From an uncultured Acidobacteriota bacterium (GTDB lineage Bacteria; Acidobacteriota; Terriglobia; UBA7540): a DNA stretch of 64,000 nt. The DNA is taken from positions 544,001 through 608,000 of the forward strand of contig CAWDSK010000001.1 of NCBI GenBank assembly GCA_963804995.1, written 5' to 3'. Position 1 is the first letter of the stretch. Every line of letters begins with the position of its first letter. The position numbers and the translations under genes were made by a program. The notes beneath the pieces were generated by a model. It worked only from the letters and a program-made list of their open reading frames with translations, had not been told where the DNA came from and did no database searches. Positions 39,557 through 49,573 of this stretch are shown here, piece after piece.

Positions 39557-41278
39557 CTATGAATCCTCGGCAGTCTCGACCAGCGGGTTGGGCCGGCGAA
39601 TCATCTCGTGCAGTCCGGCTCCGGCCGCTACCATGGGATAAACCGAATCTTCCTGTTCAACCTGGAAATCAATCAGCACCGGCCCGTTATGGGCGCGCGC
39701 CGCTTGTACGGCAGGCACAACTTCAGCCCGCTTGGTCACGGTGACGCCCCGAATGCCGTAAGCCTCAGCCAGCTTGGCAAAATTCGGGCTCAGCAAGGGC
39801 GTCGACTCATAGTTGCGATCGTAAAAGAATTCCTGCCACTGGCGTACCATGCCCAGGTAGCCGTTGTTGATGATGGCAATGTGAATCTTCAGCTTTTCCT
39901 GCACCATCGTGGCCAGTTCGGCCATGGTCATTTGGAATCCACCGTCACCCACCACCACCCACACCTCAGCCTCCGGGCGCGCCACCTTCACACCAATGGC
40001 GGCGGGCAAGGCGAATCCCATCGTGCCCAATCCGCCGGAAGTGATCAAGGAACGCGGATCCTCGTGCTTGAAGTATTGGGCCTCCCACATCTGGTGTTGG
40101 CCCACGTCGGTCACCACCACGGCGGTGCCGCCGCGGGTTTCGCGCCAGAGGTCATTGATTACGTGCGCGGCGTAAAGGTGGCCGCTGTCGGGCAGGTTCT
40201 GGATGTCGCGCACGGAGGAATCCCCCCGCAGAGCGTCGATGTGACTCCGCCACTCACTGCAGTCGATGGGCTCGATGCGGGGCAGGAGTCCGCGCAGGAT
40301 TTCCTTGAGATCGCCAATCAGGGCCACATCCACCTTCACGTTCTTGTTGATCTCGGTAGGATCGATGTCCACATGAATTTTTTTGGCCTGGGGCGCGTAG
40401 GTCTTCAGGTTCCCCGTGACCCGGTCATCAAAGCGCATGCCCAGCGCCAGCAACAAGTCGGCTTCCTGGATCGCGTGGTTCACCCAGGCTTCGCCATGCA
40501 TGCCCATCATGCCGAGATTCAGCGGGTGCGAAGCGGGAAAGGCGCCCAGGCCCAGCAGGGTGAGCGTCACCGGAATGCCGGTGCGGTCAACCAGTTCGCG
40601 CACCTGCTGCATCGCTCCGGACTGCAGGATGCCGTGACCGGCCAGAATCAGCGGTCGCTTCGCCTCCTGAATCAGCTTCAAGGCCTTGGCCAATTCCTTC
40701 GCCGTGGGAGACAGATCCGGACGGTACCCCGGCAAGCGAGGCTGCGCCGACTCCCAATCGAATTCACAGGAAGACTGCTGCGCGTCTTTGGTGATGTCGA
40801 TCAGCACGGGGCCGGGACGCCCGGAATTCGCCACATAAAACGCTTCGCGGATGGCGTTCGCCAACTGACTGGCGTGCGTCACCAGGTAATTGTGCTTGGT
40901 GATGGGCAACGTGACGCCGGTGATGTCAGTCTCCTGAAAGGCGTCGGAGCCGATCAGCTTGCTGCCCACTTGCCCCGTGATGCACACGATCGGAGAGGAG
41001 TCCATCATGGCCGTAGCGATGCCGGTGACCATGTTGGTGGCGCCGGGCCCGGAGGTCGCGATGGCCACCCCTACGCGTCCACTGGCCCGCGCGTAGCCGT
41101 CAGCCATGTGCGTCGCGCCCTGCTCGTGCCGCACCAGCACGTGATGGATCTTGCTGTGTTTAAGCGCGTCGTAAGCCGGCAGGATCGCCCCGCCCGGATA
41201 GCCAAACACCGTCTCCACACCCTCGCGCCCCAAGCATTCCCAAAGAATCTCCGCTCCCGTCTTGACCATATGCTTCAC
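39557..41278 (-). CDS. ilvB: Acetolactate synthase large subunit
   Basis: FGYPGGAIL, RHEQGA, TSGPGATN, DVGQHQMW, GDGGFQM. Confidence 0.97.
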   Translation of the reverse strand: MKHMVKTGAEILWECLGREGVETVFGYPGGAILPAYDALKHSKIHHVLVRHEQGATHMADGYARASGRVGVAIATSGPGATNMVTGIATAMMDSSPIVCITGQVGSKLIGSDAFQETDITGVTLPITKHNYLVTHASQLANAIREAFYVANSGRPGPVLIDITKDAQQSSCEFDWESAQPRLPGYRPDLSPTAKELAKALKLIQEAKRPLILAGHGILQSGAMQQVRELVDRTGIPVTLTLLGLGAFPASHPLNLGMMGMHGEAWVNHAIQEADLLLALGMRFDDRVTGNLKTYAPQAKKIHVDIDPTEINKNVKVDVALIGDLKEILRGLLPRIEPIDCSEWRSHIDALRGDSSVRDIQNLPDSGHLYAAHVINDLWRETRGGTAVVVTDVGQHQMWEAQYFKHEDPRSLITSGGLGTMGFALPAAIGVKVARPEAEVWVVVGDGGFQMTMAELATMVQEKLKIHIAIINNGYLGMVRQWQEFFYDRNYESTPLLSPNFAKLAEAYGIRGVTVTKRAEVVPAVQAARAHNGPVLIDFQVEQEDSVYPMVAAGAGLHEMIRRPNPLVETAEDS

Positions 41279-41396
41279 TTCCTTCTTGAATCTACGGCTG
41301 CTCTTGCCCGGAATAAGCTAGCCCCGCCATTGTACAATGGGTGCGCGTCCAATGGGGCAGTTCCATAAAACGCCGGCAGAGGGGCCTGCCGCATCG

Positions 41397-41442
41397 TTGA
41401 TCACTTAAGGGTAGCCAAGGTATACTACCGACCAGTCGGTAG
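41397..41442 (+). promoter_or_regulatory. Sigma70-like promoter with overlapping palindromic operator
   Basis: TTGATC-N18-TATACT; palindrome CTACCGAC-CA-GTCGGTAG at 41425-41442. Confidence 0.55.
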
Positions 41443-41503
41443 GCATCTTATCAAGAGGGCCTTCCCGCGTCAACTTCTATTTTGATGGTCTCCTAGTTTG
41501 AAC

Positions 41504-41748
41504 GTAGCGCCGACCTTTAGGTCGGCACATGCTGACCTAAAGGTCGGCGCTGCTTTATTTTTCTCGCCGAAGGATTTTTGTAGGTGAGAATCGTTGCGGG
41601 TTTTACAGGCTGCGGAAAAACGCTCCAATGCTGTCATCCTGAGCGCAGCGAAGGACCCCGGTATTTGAACTTTCAAGCAAATACAGAGGTCCTTCGTCGG
41701 CTTCGCCTCCTCAGGATGACAGTTTGCGGCGTTTTTCCGAAGCCTGTT
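41504..41748. repeat. REP pair plus nested palindromic MITE-like element
   Basis: GTAGCGCCGACCTTTAGGTCGGC and inverted partner; ACAGGCTGCGGAAAAAC...GTTTTTCCGAAGCCTGT encloses GTCATCCTGAG...CTCAGGATGAC. Confidence 0.7.
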
Positions 41749-41828
41749 TAGCCCGGCATGCTGCCCTCAAAAGCGGCATTACGATATTATATTGCCCAAC
41801 GCTCCCGTTAGGCTTCAAGGAGAAACCT

Positions 41829-42770
41829 ATGAACCCAACACGCTTCAAGGGGCTCGGCCTCTGGTTGATTCTACTCCTGGGATGTGCCGCCACGTTGACG
41901 CTCCACGCCCAGCAGCGAGTCATTCCGGTGTGGCCCGGCCCCGCGCCAGGGTCAGAAAACTGGAAACAGAAAGAAGTCGAGTACCCGAGCCGCAGCGGGA
42001 AGAAGATGGTTCGGAATGTGGTGACGCCCACGCTCACCCTGTTCCTGCCCAATCCCTCTGTGGCCAATGGAACTGCGGTGATTGTGTGTCCGGGCGGAGG
42101 ATTTCGATTCCTCTCCTGGGAATCGGAGGGCCTGGACGTTGCCGAATGGCTCAGCGATCACGGGGTCGCAGCCTTCGTGCTGAAGTACCGCCTCTTCGAC
42201 ACGGGCGCGACTGAGGAGGATTTCCAAAAGGTGACAGCGGAATTGAATCGAGTCCAGGCCCGGATCATCGAATCCGCCGGCCCGAACGCTCCGGCGCCGG
42301 CTGACCCGGCTCGGGAGAGCGTGCTGCCCCTCGCCGCGGCCGACGGTCGGGAAGCCATCAAGCTGATTCGCCGGCGCGCCTCGGAATGGGGAATCGCGCC
42401 CGACCGCATCGGCATCATGGGTTTCTCCGCGGGAGCGCTGGTCACCACGGAAGCGGCGCTGCATTACACCCCCGACGACCGGCCCAACTTCGTTGCGCCC
42501 ATCTACGGAGCGCCCTGGGTTGACATCCAGGTGCCCTCCGACGCGCCGCCCATGTTTATCCTGGTGGCGAATGACGACGCCATCGCCTCCTGGACCAGCG
42601 TGCACTTGTTCTCTGAATGGAAGGCCGCGGGCAAATCCGTGGAACTGCACATCTATTCCAAAGGGGGTCACGGTTTCGGCTCAGGCAAGCGCGGGCTGCC
42701 GGTCGATCATTGGATTGATCGCTTCGGCGATTGGCTTGACGTGCAGGGTTTGCTCAAACCGGCTCACTAA
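41829..42770 (+). CDS. Secreted alpha/beta hydrolase (carbohydrate esterase-like)
   Basis: CPGGGF, GFSAG nucleophile, GGHGF; signal peptide. Confidence 0.88.
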   Translation: MNPTRFKGLGLWLILLLGCAATLTLHAQQRVIPVWPGPAPGSENWKQKEVEYPSRSGKKMVRNVVTPTLTLFLPNPSVANGTAVIVCPGGGFRFLSWESEGLDVAEWLSDHGVAAFVLKYRLFDTGATEEDFQKVTAELNRVQARIIESAGPNAPAPADPARESVLPLAAADGREAIKLIRRRASEWGIAPDRIGIMGFSAGALVTTEAALHYTPDDRPNFVAPIYGAPWVDIQVPSDAPPMFILVANDDAIASWTSVHLFSEWKAAGKSVELHIYSKGGHGFGSGKRGLPVDHWIDRFGDWLDVQGLLKPAH

Positions 42771-42853
42771 GTGGTGCGTCAATTATCTTCGCGTTCGCTG
42801 GATGGCGCAGACCCTGGTTCTGGGGGTCTGCGATGCCCCGAAGGGGCACTTTT

Positions 42854-43378
42854 TCAGTTATCTTCGCGTTCGGACTTGCCGAAGGATTTCCAGAAGACGC
42901 GCACCACCTGGACAGCTTCCTGGACGTTATCACCCCGGCTGGTGACAATTTCCAGATTTCCAATCAGGCGCAGGTAGTCCGGATCGCCTTCCTTATGACC
43001 CGCGCCGCGTTCCACATTCCCCGAAAAGCGATAAGACCTGCCGTGAATCTTGTTGGTGCGGAATTCCACGTGAGTCTTCTTGCGAGTTCCGTCGACCAGG
43101 TTGAAGGTCAGAGTATCCTCGGATTCTTCTTCCGACTGAGCGACGTCGATGTACCCCTTAAGCTTGCCTTCCTCGTCGAGGATAGCCAGCGTATCGTCGG
43201 GAGCAAGGAAATGGTATTTGGCCGTGATGTCATCAATGGGGCGCTCCTCCATCTGAGCCCTCAGGGAACTGCCGGTGAACCACGCGATCACAAAAATGAC
43301 CAGCCCTGTGAGGAACTTCGAAATCCTGCGACCTCGAAGCGAATCCCATAACGCTTTCTCGCGAATCCCCTGAACCAT
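42854..43378 (-). CDS. Hypothetical exported protein
   Basis: N-terminal hydrophobic segment followed by a soluble beta-rich region. Confidence 0.55.
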   Translation of the reverse strand: MVQGIREKALWDSLRGRRISKFLTGLVIFVIAWFTGSSLRAQMEERPIDDITAKYHFLAPDDTLAILDEEGKLKGYIDVAQSEEESEDTLTFNLVDGTRKKTHVEFRTNKIHGRSYRFSGNVERGAGHKEGDPDYLRLIGNLEIVTSRGDNVQEAVQVVRVFWKSFGKSEREDN

Positions 43379-43730
43379 AGAATCCTTTCTTGCCGACGTG
43401 TTGCTGCCGCCGTATTGCGTCGAGTTTTAGTTCAGTGGCATGTACTAGGCCATGTAACAGAAATGCGCTGATGAATTCAGCCCGCGTAGCGGGCGGGTCG
43501 CCGCGGCGACTAGCCCACGGCGTGCCCTGGGCTACGATCTTACGCCCCTGACGGGGCTGCGGAACGGCCCCCGCACGTCAGAGACTTCGTGAGCGAACCT
43601 CGGTTACACGACCCCAGTTTATTCCGACTTTCAGAAGAGCGCAAATTTCGGTAGTGTCCTAATTTGGGCACCAATATACTTGACTCATCCACTGGGTTTT
43701 GGTATAGTTTTGCTTGTGAGGAGCGAAACC

Positions 43731-44699
43731 ATGCGCGAACCCCGTACCCTGCAAGAAGCCATTATCTATTTTTCGAACCCTGACAATTCCCGCGCCTACC
43801 TTGTGGCGAAGCGCTGGCCCCAGGGCGTCATCTGCCCAACCTGCGGGTCGGAAAAGGTCAAATTCAATCCGGCTCGCGGCGTCTGGCAATGCCCCCGCCA
43901 TCATGCCCGGCGGCAATTCTCCGTCAAGGTGGGCACCCTGTTTGAGGATAGCGCCATCGGCCTGGATAAGTGGCTCACGGCGGTGTGGATGCTCACCAAC
44001 TGCAAGAACGGTATCAGTTCCTATGAAGTAGCCCGCGACCTGGGGGTCACGCAAAAGACCGCCTGGTTCATGCTGCACCGCATCCGGCTGGCCTTGCAGG
44101 ACGAGGGCGGCGGCAAGTTGGGAGGAGAAGTCGAGGTTGACGAAACCTTTATCGGCGGCCTCTCCCGCAACATGCACATCGGTAAGCGGCGGGAGAAAAT
44201 CCAGGGCACGGGCGGGCGCGATAAAATTGCGGTCCTGGGAATTCTGAAACGGCGAGGCAAAGTTCGCACTTCGGTCGTTCCCGATGTGACCCTCAAAACT
44301 CTTCGCGGCAGCGTTGTCGAAAACGTTTCGGCGGGCTCGCAGGTTTTCACGGACGCTTGGATTGGTTACCACGGGTTGGATTCCGAATATGTTCATAGCG
44401 TTATTGACCATGCCCAAGCCTATGCCGTGGAAAACGTCCACACCAACGGCCTCGAAAACTACTGGAGCCTTTTGCAGCGCACCCTCCAAGGGACCTACGT
44501 TAGCGTCGAACCGTTCCATTTGTTTCGTTACCTTGACGAGCAAGCCTTCCGTTACAACCAGCGCGAAGGACTTGATGATCGTGGCCGCTTCGATGCGGCG
44601 GTTTCCAGGATCATCGGTAAGCGCCTCACCTGGAATCGCCTCGCCGGAAAGACGCAAGCTCGTCCAACCTGTTCTAACGCACAAGGCAAGGCAACGTGA
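43731..44699 (+). CDS. IS1595 family transposase
   Basis: RWPQGVICPTCG zinc ribbon, KTAWFMLHRIR, EVDETF, FTD, HTNGLENYWS, YLDEQAFRYN; promoter TTGACT-N17-TATAGT starting in the left TIR. Confidence 0.95.
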   Translation: MREPRTLQEAIIYFSNPDNSRAYLVAKRWPQGVICPTCGSEKVKFNPARGVWQCPRHHARRQFSVKVGTLFEDSAIGLDKWLTAVWMLTNCKNGISSYEVARDLGVTQKTAWFMLHRIRLALQDEGGGKLGGEVEVDETFIGGLSRNMHIGKRREKIQGTGGRDKIAVLGILKRRGKVRTSVVPDVTLKTLRGSVVENVSAGSQVFTDAWIGYHGLDSEYVHSVIDHAQAYAVENVHTNGLENYWSLLQRTLQGTYVSVEPFHLFRYLDEQAFRYNQREGLDDRGRFDAAVSRIIGKRLTWNRLAGKTQARPTCSNAQGKAT

Positions 44700-44716
44700 G
44701 CGCCGGGGGAAGCGGG

Positions 44717-44863
44717 TCAAGCCTTCGCCCGCTTCTTCCGCTGGCGTTGCTTCTTCCACTCCGCTTTCCTTCGCTGTAACTCCTCCCGCGGGACGGAGAA
44801 AATCTTGCTGATTGCAGCGTCGAAATTCTGGAATTCTGAGGTTTTTATCCCCTTCTGGCTCAT
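44717..44863 (-). CDS. Small basic passenger protein inside IS1595
   Basis: MSQKGIKTSEFQNFDAAISKIFSVPREELQRRKAEWKKQR..., convergent with the transposase. Confidence 0.5.
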   Translation of the reverse strand: MSQKGIKTSEFQNFDAAISKIFSVPREELQRRKAEWKKQRQRKKRAKA

Positions 44864-45349
44864 AAACATTAAATGCCTCAGTCCGTGACAATACCTTATC
44901 CACTCAACATCGTACACCTCCAACCCGTTCATCTCGCACCTTTCGAATGGATGAGTCAAGTAAGTTGGTGCCCTAATTTGACCGTCCGGTGAACCCATCT
45001 CCCCCGATAGGCTCGCTTGACTTAGCGCTGGACGGCGCGTAGCATCGGCGTATCTCACTGACACTATGGAAGTGCCGGCGCAGAAAGTAGCCATGTGGCG
45101 GGCAACGAACGTTCTTATGACCGCCTTCTCGCAGAGCTGGTTGACGATGGCGCGCCTGAGGTGCGCAATCCCAGCGGCGCCGCCCTCAGCCGCGTCTCCT
45201 GGTGCTTGCGGTCAGTAGGGCCCGCCACACCTGCGCAGCGGCAACATAGATGACGAATGAAGTAGTGGCCCGTCCTCTGCACGGGTCCGAAGTCCCGGGA
45301 TTCGCAGCGGCGGTCGGGAGCCACGCAAATGACACAAGGAGGAGGAGCT

Positions 45350-45823
45350 ATGGCGAGAGAAGATGCGTTCAATGCGGCTAAGGCCACGTCCACCTTACTG
45401 GGTGGATTCTTTAAAGACGTTGCCAATGAAATCGGCCTGGAAAAGACCCTTTCGCTGTACGCCAAGCATGGTGAAGTCGTCGGCGCCATGATGGCCAGGG
45501 CGGTAAAGGAACGGTTGGGCGACAAAGAGTTCGACATGAAGACACTCGCTTCGGTCGCGTCCGGGTTCTTCCAGATATGTGGGTATACGTATGAGCTTGA
45601 AGAGACGCCCACGTCGATAAAAGTAAAATGTTTCCAGTGCCCTTTCTACGAAGGACTCAAGAACGCAGGGTTGGACGACCAGACCATCGAGGCTGCATGC
45701 AACCAGTCGGTGGCGGTGGAGCTTGCCGAATTGAAGAAATCCTTCCCACAGCTTTCCGGTGGTCTGAAGTTCCGCTCAGCACCCGACCAACCCTGCATCG
45801 ACGAGTTCGAATTGGCGAAATAG
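45350..45823 (+). CDS. ATC-hydrolase/V4R-like small ligand-binding protein
   Basis: AGGAGG RBS; EIGLEK, CFQCPFYEG...C...C pattern. Confidence 0.6.
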   Translation: MAREDAFNAAKATSTLLGGFFKDVANEIGLEKTLSLYAKHGEVVGAMMARAVKERLGDKEFDMKTLASVASGFFQICGYTYELEETPTSIKVKCFQCPFYEGLKNAGLDDQTIEAACNQSVAVELAELKKSFPQLSGGLKFRSAPDQPCIDEFELAK

Positions 45824-46255
45824 CCAAGGAGGTTATATGAAGCATGTAGCGCCGAGCGCAGCCATCTTTTAGTAGAGGATGGTGAGGCCGCCGTCGGGGC
45901 GCGGGCAGGCGGCGACCAGGCCCCATACCGGCACGCCCGGAGCGTTCCCGCGGATTTCGGTCGGATGGCCAGAGGCGTCGAACCACTGCTACCCGAGTGA
46001 TCCACCCCTTGCCCAGGCCGTCCCCTCCGTCCAGGCGAGGAGCGTCTCACCACGGGAGTTCCCCGCCACGGAGGGATGCTTACGGTCGGCGGCGTCGCCC
46101 GGAGCAGGAATCAGCTCATTCCCACGTGAGGTCGGCGATCCACATGACGTGCAAACGCCCGCCCCGGCCGAGCGCTATTTGCGCCCCCCGCACGCTGCCG
46201 ATAGCCAAAGCGCTGCCGGGAATGCGGTTCACACGAATGGGCGGTAGGAAGCAAG

Positions 46256-46445
46256 GTAGCGCAGAGTCTTGTGCTTTCCGAGACTCTGCGGCTTTTCGTC
46301 TCTTCGGCGCGAATTTCCATCACCAATTATGATCTCCCGAGAAACTGGCTGACCACATCAGGTGTCAAGGTCGTGTGTTAATAATACAGTGTATGTTTAT
46401 CAGAGTAAGAACCGCAGAGTGTGAAAGGCGTACACTCTGCGCTAC
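46256..46445. repeat. GTAG-family REP pair (REPIN-like)
   Basis: GTAGCGCAGAGTC...GACTCTGCG and inverted CGCAGAGTGT...ACACTCTGCGCTAC. Confidence 0.7.
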
Positions 46446-46625
46446 CCGCTCGGTACAAGCCGTCCTGAGTCAGGTTTTCGGCCGCTTGAATCTCAGTGGA
46501 CGCTAAAGCGATCAGGGTACTGCCTCTCTTCCGTTGGGTGATGTTGAAGCTGGGGCGGAGACGCATCTTTCACCATTCTTGGTCAGAAGGTAACAGCTTT
46601 GCCCTCGCGTGGCATCTAGCAGCAA

Positions 46626-47033
46626 TCAGCGGATAAACTCGACGCGAACGAGGCCAGCTTGTTGAACGGGCTCGAAGTCTGGGTCTGCTGTGACCAAAAT
46701 CGCGGCGTGTTCTTCGGCGCACGCTGCAACGAATGAATCACCTAAGCCAAGCCCGGGGTTTACCTTCCATCGGGCAACCCGCTTTATGAATCCCCCGTCA
46801 ATTGTCTCGAGGACCCCCAATAGCTTCGTCGCCCTTTCCCATGCCTCGTTGGCTTTTTCCAAACCGTCCGACCGGAGATAGCCATAATAAACCTCACATA
46901 AGTTTACCGTGTGGATGGCCAAATTGTTGCGCTCGTCCATCAGGAGGCTAGCCACACGTTCGTGGCCTTGTTCTCCCTTGAAATATGCGATTAGAGCGGA
47001 GGCGTCTACGATGTGTGTAATGGCAGCCGGCAC
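46626..47033 (-). CDS. PIN domain (VapC-like) nuclease
   Basis: VDASAL, NLCEV, GLGDSF, LVTADPDF; GTG start overlaps the ATPase stop (TAGTG). Confidence 0.9.
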   Translation of the reverse strand: MPAAITHIVDASALIAYFKGEQGHERVASLLMDERNNLAIHTVNLCEVYYGYLRSDGLEKANEAWERATKLLGVLETIDGGFIKRVARWKVNPGLGLGDSFVAACAEEHAAILVTADPDFEPVQQAGLVRVEFIR

Positions 47034-49573
47034 TATTGCTCTCTTGATCTTTCCACGCGTTCCTGTTCGAAGTACAATTTTGTATCAAATCGGGCGTCTC
47101 GAAGGGCAGCCTCGGATTCCCTTACAAGCTTGGTCCTGTCCACCGCAACAGATGCTTCCTTCCCTGGAGCTGGATAAATGAGGGTGCCGCAACGACAGGA
47201 AAGTTGGCCAATAGGGGCATTGGATGGTGTTATGAATCTGCGGCACTGGGGGCAAAAAACCGCGTCAAAGAGGCCCGCAACCGCATCGCCAAATTCGACC
47301 GTGTCTTGGCGCGATGTGTGCTTTGCCCACTCATTAAAGTGTGCTCCCACCCAATTCCGCACAGGCCAGTTGAGATCGAGTGAGTCGAGAAATGGTCGCG
47401 TTTGCCCGTAGAATGTCGGATAATTTTTGCGGACTGCCTTATAAAATGACGGCCAAAGTTCCCCAATCTCGTACCTTTCGCTCCTCTTGGCTTGAACGCT
47501 GAGCGATAGGTTATATCGCATTTCCTGGAGAATATGTTCAAGGAGTCTTCCGGCCGTTGAGGCAATGTCTTCAGAGGTTCCGTCCGTCAGCAGTTCCTTT
47601 AGGCGGTCGCGCTCATCCTGCGGTTCGCGGAGGTCCGGTCCTTCGTCTATTGTCCATTTGTGGATGACTTTATTGACATAGTTAGCCGAAACGCCGCACC
47701 TGGCCTGTATATCCTGGAAATGTTCGAACCAAATTCTGTCGTGAGTGGTCAATAGGACTTGGTACTCGCCAAATTCCTTTAGCAACAACTTGGAAAGACG
47801 GACAGCATGGGCACTATCTATGCTCGTCAAGATATCATCCAATACAAGCAGATTGAATTCCGGATATCGCTTGCGATGCCATCGTCGCAAAGCGAGAAAA
47901 ATGCTGATGCCAAGAGTGTCAAGATGTGCGTCACTGTAATACCCGCGCGGGTCCTCGTCGGTCTTTTCGTAAAACGAAGACCGTAGATTGGCGCTTCCCT
48001 GTCCTATCTCTCTGACCTCCAGTCGAATCCCGCCGTGACTCTCGTCAGGATGGAGGCGGGTGTAAATACCGTCAATGTCTTCTGATAATTTATTGAATAG
48101 TTCCTGAACAACCTCCCTCCGTGACTCAAGTGCACGCTGATAGACCGTTTCGGCTTGCGCAGCCTCTGCATTTGCGGCTTTGGATGCGGTTCTGAGGGTT
48201 TCTAACTGACTCCATCCTTCCGAGGCGGTTTCAATCCTCTGCCTTGCCGACAGTAATTGTCTTGCCCGATCAGGCGAGGGCAATCCGTCAATGGCTGTCT
48301 GCAAACTCCCAGCAATTCTGGCTATGGAGGCCATCTCGGGCGACTCTGGCAGAAGAACACATATGGAGCGATCCAGGACTTCGAGGTCGAGATTGCGAAG
48401 GCCTTTATGAACCTCGAGGTCTAACGCAGCGAGCATGGTTGCGAAATCAGTCAAAGGCTGTGTTTGGATTATGTGGGCGGGAAGTCCGGTAGTGGTTAAT
48501 GATTTCCTGGCTTTTGCCAAAGACTCCGTCATCGCACGCACGGAAGCGATTGCGCGGGTCAGTCCAGATGATGCTTCATTACGCAGCGAGATTAGCTCTC
48601 GCATGGAGTCCAGCCGGGCCTGTGCCCTACCGATAGTTGCGGCAGGCTCGATGGGGTTTTCGCAAAGCGGACAGGCAGCGCGGTTTTCTTCCCTTATCCA
48701 CTTGATGCCATCTTCCAGAACCCGGTCATAGAATACCTTCGACTCCGCTGCCTCCTTTTCGTGGAGCTTCCTGCACGCTTCTGTGAGTTGGGAAAGGGTA
48801 TCAGGTGATGTAGCCTCCAGCAGTTCGAGAAGAGAAGCCTTCGCATTCATTAGACCGCCTGCCACGGCCGTGTCGCCGAACTTGGCCAGTTCATGGTCCA
48901 GCAAGCTCAATGACCCGCTTATTTCGTCGGGTGAAGAGATCGAGTTGTGGCCCACGTCCGCCAGGATCTTAGAAATCGCTACAACCAGACTCGCCTTGGT
49001 TGGCTCCCCGACGGTCCCTAGAGTCTTGCTTATGGAGCCCGCTAATTGGGCTACTCGGGCTTGTGCAATTGCAGCATTTTTATTCGCCTCATCCCTCGCT
49101 TCTCTCATCGCGTTCTCAACTTCTTGAATTCCGACAAGAGGTAGGAATGGGCGCAGGTAGGCGTACCGCTCGCGGGGCTGGGATTCAATGAAGCTCAAGA
49201 TATCTCTGCGGCGCAGGATGAAGAGATCCTCCTTTGCACCACCCAGATACGCGACGAAGCCCGTGGGGGTTACTGAGGTTTCCCCTTCCAGGTCGTAAGT
49301 AAGATCCGGACTTGAAAAGACGAGAGAAATCGAAGGTCCTGATGCCCCAGCGTGAATATGAGGGCCTTGACGGTCTGAAGAAATTCCTTGCGCACGGCCA
49401 TCTAAGGTAGCTACACGTCCACAGAGCAACCTTTCAATTGCATCCACAAAAGAACTTTTCCCAGTCCCGTTTTCACCGAACAGAAGCATAGACTTCTTGT
49501 CAAAAATTAAGCTACAGCCCGGGAGCGCAACCCCTCGGAAGCCTGCGACATTTAGGCGGCTAATTAACGGCAT
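47033..49573 (-). CDS. Rad50/SMC-like ABC ATPase with zinc hook, HEPN-like motif and C-terminal zinc finger
   Basis: Walker A GENGTGKSS, coiled coil with CPLC, degenerate signature YSDAH, Walker B LLVLDD, LTTHD, RNWVGAH, CPQC...CRC. Confidence 0.85.
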   Translation of the reverse strand: MPLISRLNVAGFRGVALPGCSLIFDKKSMLLFGENGTGKSSFVDAIERLLCGRVATLDGRAQGISSDRQGPHIHAGASGPSISLVFSSPDLTYDLEGETSVTPTGFVAYLGGAKEDLFILRRRDILSFIESQPRERYAYLRPFLPLVGIQEVENAMREARDEANKNAAIAQARVAQLAGSISKTLGTVGEPTKASLVVAISKILADVGHNSISSPDEISGSLSLLDHELAKFGDTAVAGGLMNAKASLLELLEATSPDTLSQLTEACRKLHEKEAAESKVFYDRVLEDGIKWIREENRAACPLCENPIEPAATIGRAQARLDSMRELISLRNEASSGLTRAIASVRAMTESLAKARKSLTTTGLPAHIIQTQPLTDFATMLAALDLEVHKGLRNLDLEVLDRSICVLLPESPEMASIARIAGSLQTAIDGLPSPDRARQLLSARQRIETASEGWSQLETLRTASKAANAEAAQAETVYQRALESRREVVQELFNKLSEDIDGIYTRLHPDESHGGIRLEVREIGQGSANLRSSFYEKTDEDPRGYYSDAHLDTLGISIFLALRRWHRKRYPEFNLLVLDDILTSIDSAHAVRLSKLLLKEFGEYQVLLTTHDRIWFEHFQDIQARCGVSANYVNKVIHKWTIDEGPDLREPQDERDRLKELLTDGTSEDIASTAGRLLEHILQEMRYNLSLSVQAKRSERYEIGELWPSFYKAVRKNYPTFYGQTRPFLDSLDLNWPVRNWVGAHFNEWAKHTSRQDTVEFGDAVAGLFDAVFCPQCRRFITPSNAPIGQLSCRCGTLIYPAPGKEASVAVDRTKLVRESEAALRDARFDTKLYFEQERVERSREQ

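Larger units (their letters stand above)
43667..44972 (+). mobile_element. Complete IS1595 family element (1306 bp)
   Basis: 25-bp TIRs GGCACCAA(TA/CT)TACTTGACTCATCCA match 23/25; 8-bp target duplication CTAATTTG at 43659-43666 and 44973-44980. Confidence 0.95.

Noticed and set aside
39608..41368. 586-aa ORF on the plus strand
   Set aside because: Antisense shadow of ilvB.
41446..41480. CTTATCAAGAG as the start of a SAM-I riboswitch
   Set aside because: The downstream GAGGGA...GGCCC...GGCAACC and GGTGC elements are absent.
43659..44903. 414-aa ORF on the minus strand
   Set aside because: Antisense to the IS1595 transposase.
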